Assembly (NCBI GenBank): GCA_964016885.1
Contig: OZ024743.1
Location: 327,608,001-327,672,000 of the forward strand
Reading direction: 5' to 3'
Length of the DNA stretch: 64,000 nucleotides
Source: Eledone cirrhosa
Taxonomy: Eukaryota
The first letter of the stretch is position 1. Every line of letters begins with the position of its first letter. Of this stretch, positions 51,190 through 64,000 are shown in pieces. A program made the translations under genes and the position numbers. The notes under the pieces are model-generated. The model was given only the letters and a program-made list of their open reading frames with translations. It was not told the origin of the DNA and ran no database searches.

Positions 51190-52690
51190 GAGAGAAAAAT
51201 GTGGGAGAAGACACGCACACTCAATCATATGCCACAACAATGGGCTGCTGGAGTTTCCCTCTAGTGATTTTTTAGGCAAACCAACACACTTGCAGCATTG
51301 CTGCGAATGATAGTAAGGTTAAGGCACTGGAAAAACCAAGAGGGCACGATCTGATACTTTGGTAAGGTGAACCATTAGCAATGATAAGAAATTCATCGCC
51401 AGTAACCAGCTCCCCCAAATGTCTCGAACAACATTGGATAAAAAAAAAATAACTTGCCGTAATTCCTGCTATTTTAGAATTATATTCTGTTCGGCTACAT
51501 ATGCAGGTAGGAGCAAATGAATAACTAATTATGGCGCCCCGAATAAAATATCTATCTCTTACCCAGAGGCAAAAGGTTAGACCATCTGGACTCTTCTTAT
51601 CAACCCTGGACAATTCAGATGATTCCAGAATTCAAGAGATATTGATTCAAGTCAGGTTCAGTTCAGTATGACGAGCAAAGCGTCCTGTGTTCTGACAGCA
51701 AGACAATCCATGAAAACCCATGGTGTCAACAGATCTGCCACAATGACATTTAAATCCCCCACCGACTCTGAGCGCATTGGAGATTCAGAGGAAGTAAGCC
51801 ACTGAAGTTTGTTATGGGCAAAGCATCAACCCAGTGCCCCCCAAATTAGCACTCTCAGAAAGTAAGCAGCATGTTGAGTATTGATCAGATAGACCAAAGA
51901 GAGAGTTGAAACTGTCTCTCAAATGTAAGTTTTTCCAGACTCTGCTTCAATCTATCCTGCTCTGCATCAGGAACTGACAAACCCAGCTCCCCAACTTGTA
52001 GTAGGGCTTCATTCACCTCCTTGGAGCTAGTCCATGTTGGAAAGGAGATTTTACCTAACAGAAGGGAGCAAGCTTGGATGGAAGAAAGAAAGCAAGGAAG
52101 AGACAGAGACAAGCGTTTACATAGCCCAAAGCCCCCAAGTTGTTTGGGCAATGCTGCTTGGTCATGGGACTCCAGAGAAAGTCTAACACTAACCAAGCAT
52201 TCAAGTTTCCTGAAGATTAGGTTGTCAAAACGTTATAGAGATGACAAGAATCTATTTGAGGGACTGACTGAGTATATACAATAACTTAGGAATTGATAAG
52301 TAATTTCTAAGTATAAAGTACCTTAATGAGGACTCAATTACATCAATGTTTAAAAGTAATAGAGGTTTGCCAGTTTGTGGGGATGACATCACCTCTGATG
52401 GAACTAAGTGCATTCCTGAGATTATTCCCTCTCAATCAGTATAGGGACTCTGCATTGAGCGAGGGATGACAGAACAAGAAATGATGCGAACATCCCTTTA
52501 ATATCAAATTCGCTAGTTTTGGCATTGACAGCTTTCTTGAGGTTTGGGAATCGTGTAACATTTGAAACCATTTTGACCTCCGACCTGAAATGGAAAATGG
52601 TTGGAGTGGACTCAAACGGCTCGAATTGTTGTTTGTGAGGGAACAAGTTTCTACATTGGACACACGGAGAAAATCATGTTGTATAGGCAA
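51190..52690 (-). mobile_element. Second, more decayed CRE-clade LINE
   Basis: QAALPKQLGGFGL, KSPDGLT and IIRSNAASVLVCLKNH*, homologous to 42.6-44.3 kb. Confidence 0.8.
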
Positions 52691-52730
52691 ACGTTCTTCA
52701 GCAGTTTGGAGAGGGTATGGGCGAAAATGT

Positions 52731-53020
52731 GGAGGCACGTGGCCTAGTGGTAAGAGTGTTTGACTTACGATCATAATGTTGTGGGCTCCATTCCTGGGTT
52801 GCGTGTTGTGTTCTTGAGCAAAACACTTCATTTCACGTTGCTCCAGTATACTCAGCTGAAAATGAGTACCAGCAATAGCTGGAGGTTTAACCCTGCGATG
52901 GACTGGCGTCCTGTCCAGGGGGGGAGTCTTGTACTCTCAGTCGCTTCACGCCATGAAACCGGGATAAGCATCGGCCAAATGAGCCTTCTGGCTTAAGACA
53001 GACTTTAGACTTTTTTTAGA
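52731..53020 (+). mobile_element. tRNA-derived SINE (related head and core, different tail)
   Basis: ggaggcacgtggcctagtgg...ttcttgagcaaaacacttcatttcac, ending in (tttagac)n. Confidence 0.7.
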
Positions 53021-53520
53021 TGGGCGAAAATATTCCAAGCTAAAAAAAATTAAAGATCCAGCTTTGTGTATATATTTTGTCACACTGAGTCGGATTTGGA
53101 ATTACATTAAGGGTTCACGTGTCAGTGCAATACTCAGCCACTTATATGTCAATTCACAAATTACACATTCAGTCAATCGAACCATTGAATGATCATCGTG
53201 GAAACCGACGGAGGGTCATATAACCCGCGCTTTTATTTAATTAACAAATACAAGCGCATGTTATATAATCTCTAACAACAAGAAATACATAAGTACCTAG
53301 TTATATATATGTATATCTGTAAGAAATTCTAAAATTTAATCTATTTAGTATATAACTAATTAAGTAATAATATAATTCCGCATTTTATTTATCAAGAAAA
53401 AATGATGAAAAAGAACAAATAAACAATCAAAACGAAATGCAATTGATTACTTTGGTTCGAGAGTATCTGTCTGTATAGTGTCGGTTTATTTTTACCGACT
53501 TCATGTAAACATTAAACGTT

Positions 53521-53538
53521 ATGAGTTCTGCAAGTAAG
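53521..53538 (+). CDS. BAP18: Chromatin complexes subunit BAP18, exon 1
   Basis: ATG MSSASK|gtaag. Confidence 0.85.
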
Positions 53539-55835
53539 GTAAGCTAATTTTAGACGATTCTTTAAAATTATTTCCACCTTTGAAGAAATATTTTTAATTA
53601 AGATAGATATTATAACATCAATATTGTTTCCAGTCGATCGGTTTTGTGTGATATTTGTATTTTTTTTCACCTGCCACTTGCCCGTTCCAATTGTCATGAT
53701 TTATATATATAAATAAATCCTTGAACATTTTAGATTTATAAGAAATGGTACTCTGCTTACAGTCGCACCCCACTTACTGTTATAACCCTCTTACAGACAA
53801 TCACTACTAAAACAAAAGATTGCATCAAATTGATAACTCGCAAGTGAGATAATATCTTGTTTTATTTGTATTTTAAAGATGATGCTCATTTTGTTTAGTT
53901 TTTCTTTCAAGATTTATATTTTTATAAATATTGTACATTTTATTTTAGCTTCTAATTGATTCACGAGCACATATATATATTAGCTATACAAAACAAAACA
54001 TAGTACAAAATCCCGCCATTTATAATGCTGACTTTATTCGAGTAATTTTAAACCATATTCATGGCTTTTGTTTTTATATTTCTGTCCAGGTATCTCATTG
54101 TTGCTAAATATCAACGTACACAATTTTAATTATAAAATTTTCTTTAAAAATTTGTTTAAAAAGAAAACAATTTAAGTATTAAAACAATAACGATATCGTT
54201 GTTATTTGAATTCTAACAGCAGTTATTTCCCTTGGTCTGTAGTTTCTTCAATCCGGGTTCGTTCCAATTTAAGGGATACAGAAAGCTTTTATTAGCAAAA
54301 TGGTAATATTAACAATCCCTTTTAGATTAAGGTGTGTTTATTACTTTAGATCTCTAAGGAACCAGATTAAACAGTTTTAAATTTGCTGCTTTTAACCTCT
54401 TTTTTTATTTTGTAGTTTTGGGGGAAGGGCCAGGGAGATCGATACCGTTGATGTACGGTATTTATCAGCCCTGCTCCAGCAGTACGTTTGTTCCGTGGGC
54501 AGTTTGGTCAAACATTTAGGTGCAATCCACAGATCTGCCTTTGTTTGATTAAGGAACACATTGATCACTCGAATGGTATGGACTTACGTCGATTTCGACG
54601 ATGAGCATTCATGTTTGATCAACAGAACAGCCTGCTCGTGAAATTAACGGGCAAGTGGCTCAGCATTTCATAGACAGGTGTACACTTAACGTAACTCCCA
54701 GGGAGATTCACTATGACACAGCATATGATATAACTGATCTTTTGAATTAGAGGCTCAGTCCATCCGACGGACTTCCAAACCATTGCGGTTTACTCAAATA
54801 CACTCAAGGTTTGGGTCTACACGAGGTTGTTGTGACATATGTCTGAGTGGCCACTCAGTGGGATCGATCATACTCAGCACCTTATGATTGCGAAACGAAC
54901 TTAACTATTCAACCTACGTTACCCCTTTAGGCAATGGTTTATCATGTGGGTTGTTGTGTGGTTCCTCTGCCATCCAATCTCCTTGTATTACTAAGTTTTA
55001 GTGGTGGCCACAGAGGAGAGTTTAAGTAGCGCCTCTACCTGCTAGTAATAATAGCCAAATTTCCTTTAAACTACTCTCAACTGTCTTAAAAAGGAATATG
55101 CCATGCTAAAGCAATAAACCAAGTGCTTTTGCAGCTGCAGATATTAGACGATGGGTATCCAGTCATGGAAAACCTGCCAAACAAAGGGTCAGGCAGACTC
55201 TTCATCTATGACCAGGACAACAACTTTACTGGTGCCAAATGGTAGAGTGTGGAATCATATGTTATCGCATAACACACATGGGGGTCAGAGGTTCTATTTG
55301 AGTACTGGCCAGTCTGTAATAGCATTACTGACCATAGCTAGCAGGGAAAGCGGACGTTAAACAATGATGATGATCATCATAATCATGAATTATGGGAACA
55401 AGTCCTTTCCAAGTTAGAAACGCTGAATTATGTAGTTTAAGTGCCTATTATATTGCAGGCAAATTGAGTAATCCATATAGCAGAGTTTGGTCTTGCCACC
55501 TTGACAGTCAGTAGATCAATGTTATAACCATTGAGATACTGCCTGAAACTGCCCCCGGTTCTGTGATTCAAAGCTGTTGATTTCAAAAACATCATGAAAA
55601 TTAGAAAAAAATTTAATCATAATTTTACGTAAGAATTTTTGTAATTTATGCACCAAACGCCACTATAATAATGAGAAAGTTAGTTTGTTACTAAATCCCT
55701 TCAAATTCTCACTTCTAAAAATTATTTGAAAATCATTAGAGACATGGAAACAAAATGGTTAACTTTAGATACTGATTCCATGATTCCACCTTTCATTTTC
55801 TGTTGTATATTGAAGTTTTTCTTTTTTCTTTTCAG

Positions 55836-55930
55836 GTTGGTGAGATCTTCACTGCTGCGGGGGCAGCATTCAGCAGGTTAGGGGAGCTGACTATGTCTCT
55901 CCACCCAACAGCTGAACCAAACCCTGCCAG
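55836..55930 (+). CDS. BAP18: BAP18 exon 2
   Basis: VGEIFTAAGAAFSRLGELTMSLHP, the signature N-terminus of BAP18/C17orf49. Confidence 0.95.
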
Positions 55931-57495
55931 GTTTGTTATTGTAATTATTATTCTTATCATAATTACCATAAATGTCATCACTTTCATCACCATCATTCTA
56001 TCAGCACTTACAGAACTGTTTCCATTCTACACTGTATCTCCCCATCTTACCTCTGCTGGCATCTATCAAGCTAGACTATCATACCTCCATTATTTGCTGG
56101 TTTCAGTCATTAGAGGTGGATATGTCGAGGCACGGAATTAAAGGGATTTAATTATATTGATCATAAATCCCTATTTCTTTTGTTGACCTATTAAGTTACG
56201 AGACATAGGCACAAACACAGACACTGACACAACACATATGTATACAATTGGTTTCTGCAGTTTCCAATACATTGGTCAACTTGAGGTTATTGTAGAAGAC
56301 ACTTGCCCAAGGTGCTCCATAGCAGGACTGAACCCAGATCCACATGGTTGCAAAGTGAACTCCTTAACCACACAGCCATGTCTGTTATATAATTTACCAA
56401 GATTGTAACTTTAAAAATTTACTTCAGATCAATAAGCGTCTGTCTTTATTCCATTGAGTTCTTTATAGCCGTTGTTTGCACCAAGTTGTTGTGCAGACAA
56501 GGTCCATACCCATTGCATTGTCTTAAATTGTTCCAAAAGACTTGGACCAGCATTAGATTTTATGCCAAATTCTGAAATTCGTTGTTGTTGTTGGATTGAT
56601 TCCTTCTATCAACTCCTATTGAAAAGGCACCTCTGTTGGTTTGGTCAATTGCTCCACCACTCACGAGGTGAACTCATCCATGATGTAGGCACACCAGAGC
56701 CCTTCTCAGGTTGGTGTATATAGTGAAACAGGCAGTTGATCAAATCAAATCTTGAGCTAATATATCTGACTCTTGCAATATACTGTGTCCACTACTGGAA
56801 TTGTGACTGGTTTCAATATCTGCATCAGACGTATAATCATTGTTCAGAGGCAACTTTTGTGCACTGAGTAGAGCCAACATATATGATACCTGTTAGAATA
56901 ATGTCTAGATGACATCTCCATCAGATGTCTGTGATCACTGTGCATAAGTGGCCTCTGTTAGCGATGCTCTGGGTGGAGCCAGTTCAACCCATCCTAAGTG
57001 AATGCCACACGAGTGCTAGTAGTAAGTACTTGCATCAGACAAAGCTATAGGAGTTTTCTTCTTTGTTTGCTTCTCACTATCTGAACACCTGCTAAAGGGG
57101 ATTTGGTCTTGAAATTGCAAGGATAATCTTGGTTGATTGAAATTTTTTTTCCTGCTTGCCATATTCAGACAGCATGACTCTATTTGTATATATAACACTC
57201 CATGAAAAGCACTCCTCTCAGGTATTTTCACCTCTACTTTTTGTTCACATACATACGTGTATATAAATCATTATTGTTTTCTGTCCATATTCCATGCTGT
57301 CATGGGCTGGATAAGGTGTCATTTTACAACATGTAATGGGTGTATTTTATGACATCAGCATTCCACTTTGTAGTGTAGGCTGGATGCATTTTATCATGGC
57401 ATCAACACTCCCACTTGATAGTGTACTGGTTCTTTTTTTTCTGTGACATCAAAACTAGGCTGATTGTTTTGTCCTCAACCAAGTAGAGAGAGAGG

Positions 57496-58588
57496 CATCA
57501 TCATCATCGTTTAACGTCCATCTTCCACGCTAGCATGGGTTTGGATGGTAATTTTCCTACTTGAGGCAAGATTGGTTGTCTTGCTCGTATAGGACTGTGT
57601 GGTGGGTTTTCTACGGCTGGATGCCCTTCCTAACACCAACCACGTTTACAATGTGGACTGGGAGGTTTTTACCGTGTTACCTACACGGCCACATTACAGC
57701 GTGGGCTGTGTGTTTTTTTGTCGTGACACCTACACGACCTCATTTATTTCGGACTGGATGTTTTGGTACCAATATAACTTTACATCGAAATGTGTGGATG
57801 GGGTGGGGGTAGTGGGACGGGGGTGTATTTTTGTTAAGAGGTGCCTACTGACTAGGTTTCGCTTTGTACATAGGCAAGGCGGGTCTTCTGTATTACTGTG
57901 TAGCGTCAAAGATCTCGGTCCAGTGACATTGTCTTGGAGAGGTGTAAGTGTGTGAGGTCGGAATTTATCAAGTCGTCCCAGGTCTTTCTGGGTTTGCCTA
58001 CTCCATGGCTACTGTCTATTTTTATCGCCCTGCACTTTTTTATACAGCTGTCGTCTTTCATGCACATCACGTGACCATACCAACGTAGTCTTCTCTTGAG
58101 TAAACAACATCTGATCCCTCTTATTCCTAATTTCTCACTTAGTTCATGTATGCTTTGCCGTTCACGTATATTACTATTACACATCCAACGGAGCATGCAA
58201 GCTTCGTTCCTCTCCAGTCTGCGTATATCCTCTGCACACAATGCCCAAGTCTCACTGCCATGTAACATTGCTGTTCGTATGCAGGCATCATACAGCCTGC
58301 CTTTCATTTTTAGAGAGAAACCTTTAGCGGCCAATAGTGGTATAAGCTCTCTGAACTTTTTCCATCCCGTTCTGACTCTAGCTACTACACTTTCAGAGCA
58401 CCCTCCCCCACTGCTGATTTTGTCACCCAGGTAACGGAAGGTGTCCACTATTTCTATAGAACCATTTGTGCAATGGAATGGGCTAGTATTCTGTGGGCAC
58501 TTGCTGCTACTTATTGTACCAGAGCACCGGCCACATATAAAATCTATATTCTTAGTTAGCTTACCTGTGATCCCACTACATCTTTTAT
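57496..58588 (-). mobile_element. RTE LINE 3' fragment
   Basis: ORF 57906-58448; nearly identical to 15519-16770 but lacks the SINE. Confidence 0.92.
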
Positions 58589-58922
58589 ATATATATACGG
58601 GATAACAAATTATCGTTAGAGGTAGTCCACTTAGATGTAGTCCAGTTAGAGTACTCCGATAGTGGATAGACCTACCAGTTCAGAGAAACAATTGTCAGCA
58701 ATGTGAATAAAGCCCTTATTGTATAGCAAACCATGTCACTCTTCTTTCTTGATTTATATATATATATATGTGTGTGTGTATGAGCAAGACAAGGTCAGCC
58801 GACCGGACACTGCCCACAACAGGACAACCCATCTAACCCATGCTAGCGTGGAAGAATGGACATAAAATGGTGATGATGATGATGATGATGATATATATAT
58901 ATGTGTGTTTGTTAAATTTTAG

Positions 58923-59024
58923 TGGTAAATGGACAGAGCAAGAGATAGAACTACTAAAATCATCAGTGAAACGGTTTGGAGAAGATTTAAATAAAATTAG
59001 TGACGTCATAAAAAACAGAACTAC
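58923..59024 (+). CDS. BAP18: BAP18 exon 3 (SANT domain)
   Basis: GKWTEQEIELLKSSVKRFGEDLNKISDVIKNRT. Confidence 0.95.
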
Positions 59025-59570
59025 GTAAGTTAAATTATTTTACTAAATAATTGTTTAAATATTTTTAACCCTTTCTTTACCATATTCCTAAGAAAAGACA
59101 CTGCCTGTGATTTTCAAAATCATTATCAAAAAATTTTTAATTCATCAACTCTAATTGATTTAGCAGAAATAATCTAAAAATGATGTTAATTCAAATGTTA
59201 ATAGTATCTTTACTATAGACAGATTGTGAAAATTTATAGTAAATTAACCCTTTCATGACTGCGTTTCTAATGAAATACACTCTCTTTTAATTAATTAATG
59301 AAACATTTTGAGGAATTTACTAAAATTATTAATTATTTCATTACTAAGATAGTAATTTAATGTAGGTTCTTATATCAAATTATGTTGGAAGGTTCCATTT
59401 TAAATAGGAATCCATTTAAATTGGATGGGTTTGTTTCGTAGAACCTGAGGCAGTTTTGAATGGGTTGGTATCAAAATGGTTAAATAAAAGGAGTCGTTGG
59501 TAGTGAAAATATTGAGAATCATTGGTCTATATGTTTATTAAATTGTAATTATATATATATCTGTTATTAG

Positions 59571-59713
59571 ATCACAAATTAAAGCCCAACTGAAAAGGAA
59601 GGCATATGAAGATGCTGGCTTACAACCACCAACTGATGCATCACCAAAGAAACCAGTTTCACAGAAACACACACTTTCAGAACAACCACAACCTAAAAAA
59701 CAGAGATCTTCAG
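59571..59713 (+). CDS. BAP18: BAP18 exon 4
   Basis: SQIKAQLKRKAYEDAGL...PKKQRSS. Confidence 0.92.
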
Positions 59714-59724
59714 GTAATAATACT

Positions 59725-60178
59725 ATTACTACTAATAATAATGATTTCTTTATTAACCACAAATGGTTTACAAAAAGAAACATTAAGGATAGCACAGGAC
59801 AGTACAATGTGGGTTTCTGTGTGTAAACCCATCCCCCCCAAGAAATGATAACAAAAAACTTAAAATTAAAACAAAGGAAAGAATTCCCGAATAGGGGGAG
59901 ACCACCGAGGATTACTCGTGGAGAAAGCCACGGTCACCCTGATTGCTAGGACCAGCGCCTTCACTCAACCGTTCTCCTATGCTACAGGCACATGCTCAGG
60001 ACAGGTCCATCTAACCAGACCATTCTTGCCTCTCACCCACTTTTCAACAAAGTGGCTGGAAGACAGCACTTCTCTCTCCACTCTGATTTTCGTTTTTAGG
60101 TGAAATCTGAAAAAGTCAATGAGAGCATCACTGAAGAGGAAAGTGCCTGTTTTCAACCCTTTCAGACACGTCCACTGG
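59725..60178 (-). mobile_element. Tx1/L1-like LINE 3' end
   Basis: WTCLKGLKTGTFLFSDALIDFFRFHLKTKIRVEREVLSSSHFVEKW, then a UTR, aataaag and a (tat)n tail. A related tail lies at about 26380-26680. Confidence 0.55.
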
Positions 60179-60737
60179 TTTATAATTTAGGCTCAAGACC
60201 ACCAATTTTGTTGGGGAAGGATAAGTTGATGACATCAACCCAGTAATTCACACGACTTTATTGTAGGGTAATTCAATTTTGCTAGTTTCACTGCTAAAGT
60301 ATTAGTAATATGAAATAACTACATTTTTAATTTATATGAAGCATTGGGAAATATGTGGTTAGGATTGCCAGTACAATGCAAATGAGAAATATGGGAATTA
60401 AAACTAGGGTGAAATAAGACAAACAAAACAAAACAACAGCTTAGATGTTGTATCAAATACATGACAACCTCTCTAGTGCTGATGCCATGATAAAATGCAC
60501 CCAGTGCACTCGATAGAGTGTGGAAATGTATGTAAGCAAGGTGCTGGCGTCTGGCTCGCCAGAGTGGTCAGTAGCTCCAATTAAGTACTGTCTTGATCTG
60601 TGATGATCCGCCCAACCCTTGCTAGCAGGGAAAGTGGGCGTTAAATGATAATATTTCATGGTTAGGGAGTTTGCAATTTTTGTGTTTGTTCTTTGTTGAA
60701 TTACAAATCTTTTAATTCCATTTGTTTGGTTTGCCAG

Positions 60738-60836
60738 CTGAAGTGACATTAAGTGCCCTCAATGCACCTGAGAGTGATGTTGATATTGAAGGCTTAGGGG
60801 AAAGCTCTGCATCAAAAAAATTAGAATTTGATTCAG
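60738..60836 (+). CDS. BAP18: BAP18 exon 5
   Basis: EVTLSALNAPESDVDIEGLGESSASKKLEFDS|gtaag; the final exon was not located. Confidence 0.92.
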
Positions 60837-62720
60837 GTAAGTGAAGTGTTTCCTTCATAACTTTGTTTTGCAATTTATAAGTTTGCAGTATGTAACATTT
60901 ACTGTGATCGGTAGGCATTGGATGTCCTTTCTACTGCTGCTAGCCACTCAACTTTTTATTTGTGCTTTACTGGGTTGTACAGGTTTACACTATACGTAGC
61001 TAGTGACGAATTGGCAGAGTAAGAGTGTCAGATTAAATGCCTTGGTATTTGTTCCAGTCCTCTGCAGTCAACTTTGCCTTTTAACTATTTAGATCAATGT
61101 ACCAATCCAAGGTCAGTGGATTGATGGAGTCATAAGAGCATTGGATTAAATGCTTTGGTATTATATTAGTTCTGACTCTCTGTGCTCAAAGTTCAAATTT
61201 CGCCGAGGTCACTATTGCCTTTCATCATTTTGGGGTCAATAAATAAAATACTAATCTTGTTTAAATTAAAAGAGTTGGATGGGATACTTTGTGCTATCTG
61301 TTCTGGCTCTGCATTCTAAATTGAAGTCCTGCCTCCTGTCAGCAAAAAAGCGATGCTTTTGCCAGGAGTTATGACGAGCAGATAGTATATCCCTTATCCA
61401 ACAGACTGGCCTCTTGTGGGAGGTAATTGGCATAAAAAAGCAATCATGGATATTCTCATATATTAATTAAACATTTAGTACTCTGCTGTAAGTGTAAAGA
61501 ATGATTAGAATACATAGCTACATAGAGTCCCTGCTGTGTATCATACAGTAGCTTATCTGTGAAACCTACCTTATTTCATGTCACGATTCCTTGACTTATC
61601 ACTTGACAGTAGGTGTCTTCTTCCATCTTTATTTTCACCAGATTTTCTCATTATACAGTCATCATCATTTTACATCTGTTTCATGCTGGCAGGGGTTAGA
61701 AGAGTCATTACAGTCAGTACTTTATCAAAGCTACTGTCCTTGACAGGTTGAGCAATCCTGTCTCGCTCTATATCACTTTATTCTATCAAGAAACATATTA
61801 TTGTTGGCAATTGTTCTGGCTCTCTGAGTTCAAATCCCACCAAGATAAACGTTGCTTTTTATCATTTTGGGTTTTATAAAGTAAATACCAGTCCAGGTTA
61901 GTAGACTAGTGGAATTGTTAGTGTCGGATGAGATGCCTCGGAATATCTGTTCCAGCTCTGTTTGTTCTGAATTCAAATCCTGCTGCCTGTCACATGATAG
62001 AGCTGTGATCCTTATTGTTAAAACACCCAAGAGACTGCTTATTATATGCAACCTTATAAGGAGTCCAGTGAGACCTTTCTAGGTGTGAACTGTAAAAATA
62101 CAATTTGTAGGTGTTAATGTGATGTGTATACTAGCTGCACTATTAGGATGATGAAGTCTGTCACCTGTTACTGAAGGTGTCTGTAAGAGATTCTCACAGA
62201 AATGGTCCTTTTGTTATTTATTTTGTGCTGATTACGATGAATAAGTGGAAATAACTCTTGCCATTCTCTCTAGAGAGGTTGTCTGTCAAGATTTAAGAGT
62301 AATCTTTGTATCTATTTTAATTCAGATGTTCTCCTAGATGGGTTACCTTCTCTATGGCTTACAGAGTTCTCATCTACACTGTGCAGTCTTATTTATTCGG
62401 AGTTACTGCTCTCCTATGCGAGCTGCCTTCCCATTAGCTTACAAAGTCTTTCTGTACAGTTTTATTTAGTCACTATTCTAGATGAGTTGCCTACCCTGCA
62501 GCTTATGGAGTCCATGTCTGCCCTTATTGGTTTAATAAGTTACTCAAAGGAGGAAGGGCAGTACTCATGCCCTTTTTGATGGCTCTCTAAAACTAGTGAG
62601 AGTAAGTTATGCTGAAACCTGACTCAAATACTTGCAACAAACTAGACTCTAAAATCATCTATGAGTCAGGTGGTGTACATGAAAACAGGGTCTTAACAGA
62701 CAAAACTATACCTTAAAATA

Positions 62721-62897
62721 AATAATAATAATGAAATTATTGTGTAAAGTGCTCAGGTGCACTACAACTCGTCAATATAGTACATAGAATAATACACAAA
62801 TGTCAGGGAAGTACATGTGTGTATGTGTTAGCTGTAGTGTTGGCGGATCTCGGGAAGCATGGAGGCCTTAAAGGATGCAGTGTCTCGACAGCTAACC
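62721..62897 (-). mobile_element. 3' fragment of the same CR1 family as 7106-11620
   Basis: Reverse complement of gttagctgccgagacactgcatccttt...gcacctgagcact and the (att)n tail. Confidence 0.85.
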
Positions 62898-64000
62898 TTG
62901 TTAATTTATATAGTGCAACAAAACTACAAATAAAGGAAATAATTTAAAAAATACACTTTGAGAAAGTGTATGATCATGAATATCCTTAAACCAGCAAGAT
63001 TTGAATTCAGAATTTAGAGATTTGGAATTATATACATTTTAGTCTTGCTGAGTGAGTGATGCCTTGTAATCTATCATCTAATAAAAGAAAACTATATAAA
63101 AATGAAAAGTATTTATAATCAAAATAACAATACAAATGCTCTAATATTCCTTACACTCACTAATCAAGGAACACAAAGAGCAAACAGACTCCTATATATT
63201 AAATCATCTTGTAATATGATCATAATAGACTTACTTCAGGATAAATACCAAGGAGAGCTTTAGTTCTACTGTAGAATTCTTCTTTCACAGATATAACAAC
63301 AAATGGAAATTAATTTCAGCTTGTTCTTCAGTGATATTAGATGAATATTCTGCCCCATCCTTTCTTTGACTCTTTGTATTTAGATTACTTTGTTTTTATT
63401 TATTTCCATGTGAAAGTGAAGTGGCGTGGCTTAGTGGTAAAGATGAAAAGTAAAGCTAACTTAGGAGAGATGTGAACTCAGAACGTAACTATATGCCTTA
63501 AAACATGTCCGATACTCTACCAATACTGCCAATCCAAATAGAAACTGCTTCTAGTAATGAGAAGTTTAGGAGAGCAGAAAAACACCAATGAGTTGTTAAA
63601 GTCACATGATAAAGTTTGTAAACATAAAACATATAACAATCTAATATGTTATGACAGAGAACTGAGTAATCGATGTATAAGGTTACGAGTTTGATTACCA
63701 GACTCGGTGGCACATTGTGTCCTTGAGCAAAGCACTTTATTTCACATTGCTCCAGTCCCACTCATCTGGAAAAAATGAATTACAACAAAACTAGTGCCAA
63801 GCTGTATTAGCCTCTGCCTTTCCCTTGGACAACTTCAGTGATCTTCCATGAAACACTCTAGTGGTTAGGGTGTTAGACTCATGAACATATGGTCCTTGGG
63901 TTCAATTCCTGAACTGAGCAGTGCATTGTGTTCTTGAGTAAGCTGCTTCATTTCATGTTGCTTTTCATGATATGACAAGAACACCCTATCATTAAAACAA

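Noticed and set aside
62326-62530. Final BAP18 exon
   Set aside because: An acceptor exists, but the peptide is unrecognisable and the region looks like degenerate repeats.

Overview
AT-rich, intron-containing animal genomic DNA. A cephalopod/octopus-type origin is inferred from the repeat repertoire and is not verified. Three spliced host genes can be read by hand. (1) The 3' five exons of an LRR protein with a Lys-rich tail (+, 1031-21609). (2) A VPS4-like AAA ATPase (-, about 35687-26116; N-terminus unresolved). (3) BAP18/C17orf49 (+, 53521-60836; last exon not found). Introns and the intergenic region are packed with mobile DNA. These include several RTE LINEs that carry a PHD finger inside the RT, tRNA-derived SINEs sharing the RTE 3' tail, TTAA MITEs, a Helitron, and CRE, Tx1 and Penelope fragments. 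There is also a near-intact CR1/L2-group LINE nested in an RTE, with a G_GGA_AAC -1 slippery site joining ORF1 to an ATG-less ORF2. A nested LTR cluster at 42.6-49 kb contains two LTR families that both end TG...AA instead of TG...CA. No prokaryotic features (CRISPR, rRNA, operons) are supported. All calls were read from the sequence by eye; no searches were run.
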